The notes: generated from the sequence alone by a model not told the origin. A DNA stretch of 64,000 bases from a virus (IMGVR_UViG_3300028394_000041:102606-166605); one strand, 5' to 3'; shown: positions 39,954-49,383, counted from the stretch's first letter. Numbers and translations: made by a program.

Positions 39954-40389
39954 ATTCTCTAAAAACTAAGCAGAAGCGAAATTCCCCAAGTTGTAGTCTA
40001 GTGTTTGCTATGCCTTAAATATTTAGAACAATCATCTTAAATTCGAGATGGGGAGGAGCAGGCTTTCTCTGTCGTAGTGAATCCTGACCCCTCCCCGTGT
40101 TATTAAGAATCTCGCCCACACGCTTTCGCGGATTTAGGGAAGCTTTCATGCGACTTATACCTCCAAATGTTAGCTGCATGTCACCATGCAGAGCGGACTG
40201 TATTTAAACTAATATTTCTATTAATCGGGTCATTTATGGCAGATTATTGTTGGAATCTCACTGCCGCAGTCTCTACACCTTCTCATCGCCTTTTAATTCC
40301 AGATGAGCTTGGCTCGGTATTTTCTCCCTTAGAAGAGAGGTTTCCACCGAATTTACCCTTTTCGTGTTTCTGCTTAGATTTTAAAGAAC
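39954..40389 (-). ncRNA. Free-standing group I intron-like ribozyme, apparently circularly permuted
   Basis: P (AATTCGGTGGAAAC), Q (AATACCGAGCC), R (GTAGAGACTG), S (AAATACAGTCC) elements in order, with P3-P9 pairings; ends joined by a ~25-bp stem; no interrupted gene. Confidence 0.8.
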
Positions 40390-40426
40390 TACAATCTATT
40401 ACACATTTTTTTAAATAAAAATATAA

Positions 40427-40900
40427 TTAAATATATACAGTATAAATACTATTGAATTCTTCTGCTGTTAGATTATAAAATTTTCCATTTTGAGGTTCTA
40501 CAAATAATAATTTAAAATTATCTGAACCATCATCATTTTTCCCATCTTGAACATATACTATATTTATTGCATGTGCTCCACTTAATTCATCTTCTGCTTT
40601 TGAATTAGCTACATAATATACTACTCCTACAGCTATACCATTTGCTTCGCTCTCAATAACTTGCTCATAATACCCACAACAAAAAAGTTTAAAAGAATCT
40701 GCAAAATTATCGCAATCCCATTTATGCACCCATTTTGTTAATTTTAATGCTTGAAGCCATTTCCAATATTTAGGAAATAGTTCATCTTTTACCATGTCAT
40801 AAGTAGGACAAAAAAAGTCTACATCAGATATAGAAAAATTTTGTGGTATTTTGCCATTGTTTTGAAATGGAATATATAATTGTTTTCCAGTTATTATCAT
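40427..40900 (-). CDS. Cysteine-protease-like protein (WDCDNF...HA..EPQ)
   Basis: DCDNFA / HAINI / FVEPQ papain/transglutaminase-like triad pattern. Confidence 0.55.
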   Translation of the reverse strand: MIITGKQLYIPFQNNGKIPQNFSISDVDFFCPTYDMVKDELFPKYWKWLQALKLTKWVHKWDCDNFADSFKLFCCGYYEQVIESEANGIAVGVVYYVANSKAEDELSGAHAINIVYVQDGKNDDGSDNFKLLFVEPQNGKFYNLTAEEFNSIYTVYI

Positions 40901-41124
40901 TTGCTTCTCCAGTTATTTCCTACGCCTAATCTATTCTCGGAGCTAGTATAATTTAAAGGCTCGGGCGCGGCTAATTTTGATAATTTTTTATCAACTAAAG
41001 TAGTAGTTGTATTAATTTCTGATTGTATAACAGGTGCTGTATTGTTTTGTTTTTTATTAGATAAGAAGTAGAGTATTGTGATTACTAGTATAGTTAATGA
41101 TATTGTTTTTAAATTGAGTTTCAT
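40897..41124 (-). CDS. Small membrane-anchored protein
   Basis: N-terminal TM segment; GTGTAAT upstream. Confidence 0.5.
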   Translation of the reverse strand: MKLNLKTISLTILVITILYFLSNKKQNNTAPVIQSEINTTTTLVDKKLSKLAAPEPLNYTSSENRLGVGNNWRSK

Positions 41125-41593
41125 AGATTGAATAGAATTACACTCTATATATAAAAAGGCTTTTACATAAAAAGTGCCCGTCCGAAAAATTGACCTTTAA
41201 GGATATCTCTTGTTGTTTATTTTATATGAATTTTAAGAAAGTATGGGGGTATATAGTAATATAAGATAGATATAAGATAGTTATTTTAATTGTATTTAAT
41301 ATAGATCAGATAAGAGTAAGGTATAAATAACTAATATATTAAAGTAATGTGGAGATTGAAGATAGTACCCCCCTGTCACATTTTCATTTTGAGTTAATTG
41401 AATTTTTCCAAAAATGCCATACCCCTCTAGAGAAATCAAACCACGATGACCCCCAAAGGATGTTTTTAGAATAAATAAAACAGAGTTACTATGGGGTAGG
41501 GAGTATGGGCATCTGTAAATCTTTACCTATCAGTGAAATTTAACTTGAAAATATCTCTTGTGCCTTTGCTATAATATGATAGACTGCTCTTAT

Positions 41594-41767
41594 ATGAAAA
41601 ACAAATTGAGCAAGTTCGAAACCCTGCTAGCTAACCTTGAAAAAGCCTCTGCGAATCACGCTAAGGCTTGCGAGTCTTTCCTCAAAGTCTCTGAGGCTTA
41701 TTCCTCTAAGCGTGAGGAGATGCTGAAAATCTATGAGCCTAGCGATCTCAGCCACGCTTGCGAGTAA
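41594..41767 (+). CDS. Small early protein, paralog of 43773..43985
   Basis: KLSKFETLLANLEKASA vs KLTKYEILIANLEKASA. Confidence 0.6.
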   Translation: MKNKLSKFETLLANLEKASANHAKACESFLKVSEAYSSKREEMLKIYEPSDLSHACE

Positions 41768-41895
41768 TAATATGAACCAAATAGAAATCATCCTCACCCT
41801 TACCATCGTAACTATTCTTATCGGAATATACGCTATGGTAACAGCCCAAAAATAAATCATTGACACAACCAATCCAAAAGGATAATATACACACT

Positions 41896-42315
41896 ATGAA
41901 AAACCAACTAAACATCACTAAACAATCATTCGGCGATACGACTGCTTTCCTCTTGGAAGGTGGCAAGGGTCGCATCACCTCGTTCCACAATGCCCTATAC
42001 AACTGGGGTGCAACTAATGGGCAGTTGCACGATATGGGTAACGGCAAGGCGTTTTACTTCTACGCTCAACCCGATGCAGTCTTACACGCTCTTGTTAAGA
42101 TCGCTTTACACTCCCTATGTAATAAGATCAACGCAAAGGGAATGAAGGGTGGATTGATTAACCTTGCGAAGATCAAGGCTCAAGGTCAATTCGATAACAT
42201 CATTGATGGACGCTTCCTTCGCACCTCTGTCTCTAACGATACCTACGGATTCGGTACGATCACAGCAGAGAAACCTAGTGACTACTGCGGTGCAGTAAGT
42301 AGCGGGAGGGAGTAA
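41896..42315 (+). CDS. Early protein, paralog of 50628..51014
   Basis: FHNALYNWGATNG...GTITAEK; TTGACA promoter upstream. Confidence 0.65.
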   Translation: MKNQLNITKQSFGDTTAFLLEGGKGRITSFHNALYNWGATNGQLHDMGNGKAFYFYAQPDAVLHALVKIALHSLCNKINAKGMKGGLINLAKIKAQGQFDNIIDGRFLRTSVSNDTYGFGTITAEKPSDYCGAVSSGRE

Positions 42316-42319
42316 TAGT

Positions 42320-42697
42320 ATGACCGCTGAACTACTCATCATAGCATTAACAATCCTTGGCGAAGCTAGGGGCGAGACATTCGAGGGAATGGCTGGCGTT
42401 GCTAGCGTCATTCAGACACGCACCATACAGCGTAAGCAAACACCTATGCAGGTGTGCTTATCACCTAAACAATTCAGCTTCTGGAATGGTAAGGTGAGCG
42501 AATCATCTAAGCGTAAGCTACTAGCTACTAAGCAAGGCAAGGACGCTCTATACCTTGCTGACCTTGTACTGCATAAGCAGATGCCCGACATCGTCAAGGG
42601 TGCTAACCATTACCACGCTGTCAGCGTCTCGCCTAAGTGGGCTAAGGACACTAAGCTGGTCGCAGTAATACAGCACCATAAGTTCTATAAGCTATAA
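42320..42697 (+). CDS. Cell wall hydrolase, SleB/Hydrolase_2 family
   Basis: ALTILGEARGE...VASVI...QFSFWN...GANHYHA...P.WA...HHKFY. Confidence 0.85.
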   Translation: MTAELLIIALTILGEARGETFEGMAGVASVIQTRTIQRKQTPMQVCLSPKQFSFWNGKVSESSKRKLLATKQGKDALYLADLVLHKQMPDIVKGANHYHAVSVSPKWAKDTKLVAVIQHHKFYKL

Positions 42698-43002
42698 CGA
42701 TTAGCTAACCTACTGCACGTAAGTACCTACCCATCAAGGACTTACGCGCGCAGGGAGGGCGCTTGTCTAAGTGCCTAATAACTAAGGACTTACGCATGCT
42801 CGATCTTAGCGACAAAACTGATGGAACGCAAAAGATCACAACCGATCTTAGCTACAAACATGAATGAATGCATATAATCTAAGTCTCTATACATCAACTA
42901 CTTATATGAGCATCCTCCCTGCAGCTGTAACTCGTTGATAGTCAATGAAATTTAAATGCAGAAATATCTTGTGATAAGTTAAAAATATGATAGAATAAAA
43001 AC

Positions 43003-43242
43003 ATGAAATTAGAAATCAATTCAGCTGTTGAAACCTTGAAAAATGAAATAAATAAAATAATGAACCAAAAAGAATGGATGCAATTCGGAGAATCAAAGAA
43101 ATGGGATCTTTCTGAATTCAAAGCTTACAATGATGGATACAATGATGAAGGATGGGAAAAGTTCAACAATCCTTACCAAGAAAATACTCTAGTTTGGTGG
43201 CTTTATAATGCTGGTGGTTACGATTGTCACACCAATAATTAA
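43003..43242 (+). CDS. Hypothetical early protein
   Basis: 79 aa; promoter -10 box 6 nt upstream of ATG. Confidence 0.55.
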   Translation: MKLEINSAVETLKNEINKIMNQKEWMQFGESKKWDLSEFKAYNDGYNDEGWEKFNNPYQENTLVWWLYNAGGYDCHTNN

Positions 43243-43258
43243 AGAAAGAAAAAACAAT

Positions 43259-43636
43259 ATGATCAAAGCAATCCTCATCGACCCATTTAATGAAACTATA
43301 ATGAATGTCACTTTAGTAGATACTAAACTTCAAACAATCTATTCTCTCTTAGGTTGTCATCTCATTACCATAACAAATCTACAAGATGGCATTGATATGG
43401 TTTTAGATGACGAAGGTTTGTTGAAAGACAAAGAATCTCAAGCATACTTTAAGTTTGGGCTTCACTCTCAGCCTTTTGCTGGAAAAGCTTTAGTAATCGG
43501 AACAAATGACGAAGGAGACTTCGCATCTTTGCCCAAAGAAGTTTCAATAGACAAAATAAATAACCAAGTTATCTTCTTTAAACCTTCCCAAGAAACTTTG
43601 GACGAATCTACCCAAATGACTTTTACATCGTTCTAA
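43259..43636 (+). CDS. DUF3846-like protein
   Basis: KAILIDP...LQTIYSLLGC...LDDEGLL...FAGKALVIG.NDEG. Confidence 0.6.
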   Translation: MIKAILIDPFNETIMNVTLVDTKLQTIYSLLGCHLITITNLQDGIDMVLDDEGLLKDKESQAYFKFGLHSQPFAGKALVIGTNDEGDFASLPKEVSIDKINNQVIFFKPSQETLDESTQMTFTSF

Positions 43637-43772
43637 AAGTTAGCTGATGTAAGTTGTTGAATACCAACGACTTACAAAAGCGACCTCTCTGCCGCTGTAA
43701 CTCGTTGATGGTGAACGAGATTTAAATGAAGAAATATGTTGCATTTCTTCTGAAATATGCTAAACTGTATCT

Positions 43773-43985
43773 ATGAATAAGAAATTAACCAAATATGAAA
43801 TCCTAATCGCAAATCTCGAAAAAGCCTCTGCTGACTTAAAAAAAGCTAGCGAAGAATCTCAAAAAAGATTGAATGAAAGTTTCGCAAAATATCAAGAAAA
43901 AGTTTCAGTCGCTCATCATAACTCTATGATGGTCAACGAAAAACAAATTGAAAAAATCACTTGCAATTCCGCTGAAATATGCTAA
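43773..43985 (+). CDS. Small early coiled-coil protein
   Basis: Paralog of 41594..41767; leaderless-type promoter. Confidence 0.6.
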   Translation: MNKKLTKYEILIANLEKASADLKKASEESQKRLNESFAKYQEKVSVAHHNSMMVNEKQIEKITCNSAEIC

Positions 43986-44038
43986 ACTATACTTATAACA
44001 ATAAAAGATAACAAATAACAAAGAAAGAAAAAAATAAA

Positions 44039-44311
44039 ATGACTCATAGAATGATAAACTGGAATTTTCAACGAAAACAAATGCGTGAAAATATGCGAAA
44101 AAATATGGATACTACTGAATCCATCATAACTAACTCTAACAATACACCAACTTACTTTGGTGAAATATACCTTTACGAAGGAACTCTAGTAAAAGTTTCT
44201 TACAAAACTTCTGCAAATACTGCGGTTGTAACCTTCCTTGAAGGTATAGACAAAGATAAGGTTGGAACTATCAACCTTAACAATGCTAAACTAGTAAAGG
44301 AAAATAAATAA
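44039..44311 (+). CDS. Small early protein, related to 44987..45235
   Basis: IYLY..LVKV...TAVVTFLEGIDKDK. Confidence 0.55.
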   Translation: MTHRMINWNFQRKQMRENMRKNMDTTESIITNSNNTPTYFGEIYLYEGTLVKVSYKTSANTAVVTFLEGIDKDKVGTINLNNAKLVKENK

Positions 44312-44490
44312 AATGAATAACGATAATAAAAAACAATTAACTTCCCAAGAATGGGAAATTCAACGTAAAGAAAAAAATCAAACTCTTTGGGCTAATCGCA
44401 AAAAGCGATGGGCTGAATGGAAAAAAAATAATCCTGAAAAGGCTAAAGCTCACGCCTTACTAAAGGCAAAACTTAATGGAAAATAAATAA

Positions 44491-44673
44491 ATGAACATAC
44501 AACAATTCGAAGAACTCTTAAAGAATCACGATTGGACTTACGAAATGAGTGAAGACTCATACTACTATCGTAGAGGTCAAAAACAACTCAAAGAGATAGA
44601 TGAAGCTATCGCCCAAGGTGGCGAAGAATACCAAAAGCTTTACAAACAATATCGTAACAAGTTTGGAGTTTGA
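44491..44673 (+). CDS. Small conserved phage protein
   Basis: LLKNHDWTYEMSED..YYRRG motif. Confidence 0.6.
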   Translation: MNIQQFEELLKNHDWTYEMSEDSYYYRRGQKQLKEIDEAIAQGGEEYQKLYKQYRNKFGV

Positions 44674-44986
44674 CAAAATTAGCTGATGTAAGTTGTTACA
44701 AGACAACGACTTACAGACGCAGGGAGGGCTCTTGTGTAAGTTCTTGATAGTCAAAGACTTATAGATGTTCGATCTTACGACAAAACATGACTGAAAGCAA
44801 AAGATCAAAACCGATCTTGAGACAAAAACTGAATGAACGCATAAACTCTAAATTGTTACAAGTCAACGACTTACGGCGCCAACCTCCCTGTGGCTGTAAC
44901 TCGTTGATGATCAATGAAATTTAAATGAAGATTTTTGTTGCGTTTTCTCTGGAATATGCTAAACTATACTTATAACAAGATAAGAA

Positions 44987-45235
44987 ATGAAAATGAAAGA
45001 AAGAATAAATAAAATGAATATACAAATAAATCCTGAACTATACGAAAATAAAAACATATACAGATATGGCCACGAGAAATTACTCGTGAAACTTTTTCCT
45101 TCCACTATCGGTTGGAAAACTATGACTGCAACTGCTGAAATCCTCGAAGGTGAGGACAAAGGTAAGTGGACAACCATTTACCTTCGTAGCGGATTGTATA
45201 ATGTCGATACAGGTTCTCTCGTCTGGTACCGCTAA
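44987..45235 (+). CDS. Small early protein
   Basis: TAEILEGEDKGK; stop codon lies inside a palindrome copy. Confidence 0.55.
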   Translation: MKMKERINKMNIQINPELYENKNIYRYGHEKLLVKLFPSTIGWKTMTATAEILEGEDKGKWTTIYLRSGLYNVDTGSLVWYR

Positions 45236-45309
45236 GTCATTGATAGTCAATGAAATTTAACTCAAAGAAATACCTTGCAAAAAACTCAATCTGTGATAAA
45301 CTAAATAGT

Positions 45310-45588
45310 ATGAAAGATAAAGAAATGAAAAACACAATAGAATCCCTCGTAGTGGGTAAATACTACCAAATCGAAAACCATATCGCAATCTGCGAGATGC
45401 TCAATTCAACCTCTAACAAAAAATGCCTTTCCAGAATCTCTGGTGTTGGAAGTGTCCTAGCTTTTTATGATGAATTGACCGAAGTCAAAATGACTCCCGA
45501 ACTTCTCAAACAATGCGAAGAACGCAAAAATGGAACGATGAACTTCATCGGAAGTTTCAATGAATCCTCAAAATATAAAGGAGACTAA
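45310..45588 (+). CDS. Hypothetical early protein
   Basis: Start after a TTGCAA...TGATAAACT promoter. Confidence 0.55.
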   Translation: MKDKEMKNTIESLVVGKYYQIENHIAICEMLNSTSNKKCLSRISGVGSVLAFYDELTEVKMTPELLKQCEERKNGTMNFIGSFNESSKYKGD

Positions 45589-46062
45589 ATGAAAAAAATC
45601 CTTTTCAAACTAAATAAAAAAACTTATAGACTCGCTGTGAAAAATGGTGAGAGGAAAAACTTTCTGCGTGAAAGATTTTTCTACTATGTTTCGTCTGCTT
45701 GTTTGAATCTTAGAGACCTCTTGTAAGAGCCTGAGTATCAACGACTTACAAGCGCAGGGAGGCCGCCCGCGCAAGTGCTTGACCATCAACGACTTAGGAA
45801 GATAAGTTTTTGAGCGAAGCAAGATTAGATTTTCTACTATTTACTTTTATTGAAAATAAACCTTGTTCCAAATTAAATCTGTGATATATTCTAACTATGA
45901 GAAACGAAATCACATCCCTAGCGACGGAAACCTGCGAGGAAGTTTATGCGGACGCAAATGCGTTCTTCGATTACATCAACTCCAATGCTGATGTCAACGC
46001 TATGTTGGATGCGTTGAATGGTACTTATTCTAATTCTGAAACCCTTGTGGAGGTTGTCTAAT

Positions 46063-46377
46063 ATGGATTATAAAGCCTCTCTCAAGGAATGGATGAGCCA
46101 GCATATGCTGGGTGTGTTGGATGTGCGTGATATCTTGAAAGATATTCGTGAGGAGAATATGGCCAACAATATCGTGCATCGGTCTTACTCTGAGCAAAGT
46201 GATCCTCTTATCATTGGCTCTTCAGAATCGTCTTGTGAACCTGATGAGTCGATGGATGGTGACCATGATTCTGCTATGGCTTCTGCTGGCCACGGCACTG
46301 ATGAGGATTACAATGGCGGGTGCTTCCAGATGGAAGACTTTGGTTGGGCTGGTGATTCAGAAATCTGTGGAGAATAA
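46063..46377 (+). CDS. Acidic phage protein
   Basis: DESMDGDHDSAMASAGHGTDEDY motif; GGAGG RBS. Confidence 0.6.
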   Translation: MDYKASLKEWMSQHMLGVLDVRDILKDIREENMANNIVHRSYSEQSDPLIIGSSESSCEPDESMDGDHDSAMASAGHGTDEDYNGGCFQMEDFGWAGDSEICGE

Positions 46378-46780
46378 TTATGGAAATTTTTTTAACCTGT
46401 GTTTGGGCATACTTTGGTTTGGTTTTTGTGCAATTAATTTATGCTTTGATTAGATCAATTATAGAGCGTCGCTAAGTTGCTGAATATCAACGACTTGCAA
46501 CGGCAAGGTCCCTGCGGCTGTAAATCGTTAATGGTCAACGACTTACAACAACAGATAGATTACATAGAGGCTCGCCATCCTTCGAAGAACTCATCATTTT
46601 CTCTTTCTTTTTCTACAAAGGTTTTTTTATTCGTATCGAGTGGAGGAGTGTCGTTATCGCTCCAAGGATAAAAAGATTCTAGGTTTTCTTTTAATATGTT
46701 TGATATGTTCATTTTGATATTGCTAGTGTTAGAACTAATCCTAATATAACAAGGCATAAAAATATTTCCATTTAGACATC

Positions 46781-47416
46781 TTAATGCTTTTTGTAGTTAA
46801 TTGCAAACTCATTTTTATCCCAACACTTGCGACAATCTCCGCACTTGTTACCTTGTTTGGAGCTTGGGCAATTAAAATTACCTAACTTGCTCGCACCGCT
46901 AACACATAAGCCTAGTCTTTGAGCAATTCCAACGGGTGCAGGGCCATCCATCATAAGAGCAGACAAACGGATGGTAAGATTGCTAGGTACTTCACCGCCT
47001 TGTTCGATATAGGTTGAGATAAAAGCATATTCACGAGTTGGAAGCCAAAAAGAAATGTTAGGAAGATTCTTTGCAATCTTCACAATCTTTTCAATATGCC
47101 ACACACCTTGCAAGTCTCCTGAATCGTGCCACCTAAAATAAGGATTCTTAACCTTTCCGATAAGATATGTCATAGCTTCCACCCAAAGATCGTGAGTGAG
47201 TGAAGCAAAACGCTTTTCCATAGCTTTTTGAACATTGGGGAAAACATAACGCCCTTTAAGAGCGTAGCAAAAAGCACACATACTTCCTACAACATTCCGC
47301 ATTTTCTGCCCAATAAGACAACGCTTTGCGGGTGTTGAATAAGCAAATCCTGGCATCTTCGAAGGTTTTGAGAGTGTTCCGACAATCTCCTCGGCTTGTT
47401 TTTTGTTTTTGAACAT
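46781..47416 (-). CDS. Gene product 88 (gp88)-like protein
   Basis: LSKPSKMPG...C..CYA.KG.Y...FRWHDSGDL...WLPTRE...NLTIRLS...C..CRKCW. Confidence 0.75.
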   Translation of the reverse strand: MFKNKKQAEEIVGTLSKPSKMPGFAYSTPAKRCLIGQKMRNVVGSMCAFCYALKGRYVFPNVQKAMEKRFASLTHDLWVEAMTYLIGKVKNPYFRWHDSGDLQGVWHIEKIVKIAKNLPNISFWLPTREYAFISTYIEQGGEVPSNLTIRLSALMMDGPAPVGIAQRLGLCVSGASKLGNFNCPSSKQGNKCGDCRKCWDKNEFAINYKKH

Positions 47417-47544
47417 AAGAAATCTTAACATAAATTAAGTTTGATGCAAGTTTTTTTACCATTTAAATCTCGTTGATAGTCAACGACTTAGGAACGCAGG
47501 GAGGCTGCTTGCGTAAGTGGTTGATACTTAAGCAGTTGCAACTC

Positions 47545-48375
47545 TTAATAATTCATATGCAATTCTTCGTTATCTTTTTTATCGAGAAAAGCGTCAAATC
47601 TTTTTTGTGCTTTGCTAGAAGCTGAGATAATAAAGTTCATGTCTTTCTTTAATACCCCCAGCCAGTTGGAAAGATAGCTGGCAGAATTGTTAAAACATTT
47701 TTCAGAATCAATTCCGCAGAAGTTAAGACAGAGGCTAGCAAAAATCTCTGCGGTTAATTCTTCTTTGCTATAGTTCTGAGAGCCAAAACCATTTTTGATA
47801 TCGTCACTTGTGCTTTTATGCATAGCGTGACCAATCTCATGGAACGCTGTGGAGTAGTACTCCTCAACGCTGTTGAAATTTTCTTTCAAAGGCAAATCAA
47901 TCTTGTGATCTTGTGGATAGTAACAGGCACGACTGCCACCATACTTAATCTGAATCACACACTTGTTGATCAACTTCTCTGCTTCTTCTATTGGTGAAAA
48001 TTCTAACTTAGGAGTCTCTGGTTGCTTCCATTTAATTCCTTCTACATCACTCAACCCAAAAACTTTGTAATATCTCATCATTGGGAAAGTTCTGGTCAAT
48101 TCATTCTTAGCTTCTGTCTTTAGTAATTTATAGTAAACTACCATATGAGATTTTGCCCCAGCTTTGATCCTTCCGCCTAGTTCCTTGATCTGATTAAATG
48201 TAAAAAAGAAATCATCAGAAGAAACCATCCTAAGCAAAAATTGATTGATGCCTCTGTAATTCTTTTTTGAAACGCCATTACAAATCTCAAATACTTTCCA
48301 AGGCTTCTGCCAAGGGCAGACTCCTTTGTTGAGGGCTTCGATGAACTTTTCTGTGATAATTTCGTTTACTTTCAT
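47545..48375 (-). CDS. ardC: ArdC-family antirestriction / ssDNA-binding protein with zincin domain
   Basis: PWQKPW...YRGIN...TFNQIKELGG; YYSTAFHEIGH; YSKEELTAEI. Confidence 0.85.
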   Translation of the reverse strand: MKVNEIITEKFIEALNKGVCPWQKPWKVFEICNGVSKKNYRGINQFLLRMVSSDDFFFTFNQIKELGGRIKAGAKSHMVVYYKLLKTEAKNELTRTFPMMRYYKVFGLSDVEGIKWKQPETPKLEFSPIEEAEKLINKCVIQIKYGGSRACYYPQDHKIDLPLKENFNSVEEYYSTAFHEIGHAMHKSTSDDIKNGFGSQNYSKEELTAEIFASLCLNFCGIDSEKCFNNSASYLSNWLGVLKKDMNFIISASSKAQKRFDAFLDKKDNEELHMNY

Positions 48376-48508
48376 AGCTTAAATATATCAGTTTTTTTCT
48401 TTTTGTCTACTAATAAATCTCACTGACCATCAAGGACTTAGAAGCGCAGGGAGGTTGCTGACGCAAGCCCCTGATAGTCAAGGACTTGCGCCAGTTCCCA
48501 CTAACAAA

Positions 48509-48973
48509 TCAAACTAAACTAAATCCCCTTTCTCCAAGTTTAAATCGTGCAAATATGTTAGTAAGTTTCTTTTCAATTTTAGTATCTGTATCAATAACTT
48601 GATATAGCGGGTCAATTTTGTTTTGAACCCTATACTTATACTTGTTAGCAAGTTCTTTCGCTGTGTTGATTGTTATCTGTTCGATATAATTCAACATAGG
48701 AGAAGAAGGAACGCTAACGACTTGAAACATTCCAATGTTCCAGCCCGTTCCATTTCCATGAAGCGAACGATGTTGATACCAGCGCACTCGAATATCACGA
48801 GATGCCCCGATATAAACACGCCATCCCCACGGACTCGCTTTGATAAGGCAGTAAACGCCCATACGAAGCGAAGCATTTTGGCGAGACTTCGATGTGGAAA
48901 ACGAAGTTCTCATGGTTGTAGTTAAATGTCCACGCATTGTTTTTTTGATGTCTTGTGTTAGTGTTGTTGTCAT
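48509..48973 (-). CDS. GIY-YIG nuclease family protein
   Basis: GVYCL...VYIGASRDIRVRWYQH...IEQ. Confidence 0.7.
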   Translation of the reverse strand: MTTTLTQDIKKTMRGHLTTTMRTSFSTSKSRQNASLRMGVYCLIKASPWGWRVYIGASRDIRVRWYQHRSLHGNGTGWNIGMFQVVSVPSSPMLNYIEQITINTAKELANKYKYRVQNKIDPLYQVIDTDTKIEKKLTNIFARFKLGERGFSLV

Positions 48974-49181
48974 TCTTGTATAGTATCATAGTTTTACTTT
49001 TTGTCACGAAAATATAAGAAATAAATCTCGTTGACTATCAAGGACTTAGGGACACAGGGAGGTTGCTTTTGTAACTCGTTGATACTAAATGATTTAGCTA
49101 GTTTAAGTTGTTGTATTTGTTATTTGTCTATTTTGCTATTACTATTTGCAATTTTGTGTAATATAATTTGCAGTTTATTAT

Positions 49182-49379
49182 ATGAGTGATAATATTAAAG
49201 AAGATATGAATTATATACTGAGTCATTCATTGTTATATAAAAATTTCTTGAGCGAAAGAGAAGAAATCTTAAAGCACAAATGGATTGAAAGCGAAAAAGC
49301 AGGACATGATATTGGTTTTGAAAAAGCTTTATTAAGTTGGGTTTGCCATCACAGAGACAAGTGGCGCAATAAAATATAA
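49182..49379 (+). CDS. DUF4032-like small protein (PVC-type)
   Basis: EREEILKHKWIESEKAGHDIGFEKALLSW; GTGTAAT upstream. Confidence 0.7.
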   Translation: MSDNIKEDMNYILSHSLLYKNFLSEREEILKHKWIESEKAGHDIGFEKALLSWVCHHRDKWRNKI

Positions 49380-49383
49380 ACTA

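Larger units (their letters stand above)
3183..41143 (-). promoter_or_regulatory. Recurrent GTGTAA(T) putative late promoter (dispersed copies)
   Basis: Copies at 3183, 4012, 4960, 7503, 13871, 17437, 19183, 20646, 22603, 28409, 30225, 30506, 36254, 38176, 38966, 40398, 41137 (-) and 36404, 49156 (+), mostly 5-25 nt before a start codon. Confidence 0.75.

Noticed and set aside
39954-40389. tmRNA, RNase P RNA or an ordinary intron in a flanking gene
   Set aside because: No tRNA-like ends or RNase P signature seen; P/Q/R/S elements are group I; both flanking ORFs are complete
40167-40418. 83-aa plus-strand ORF
   Set aside because: Antisense to the ribozyme core, TTG-type start, no protein features
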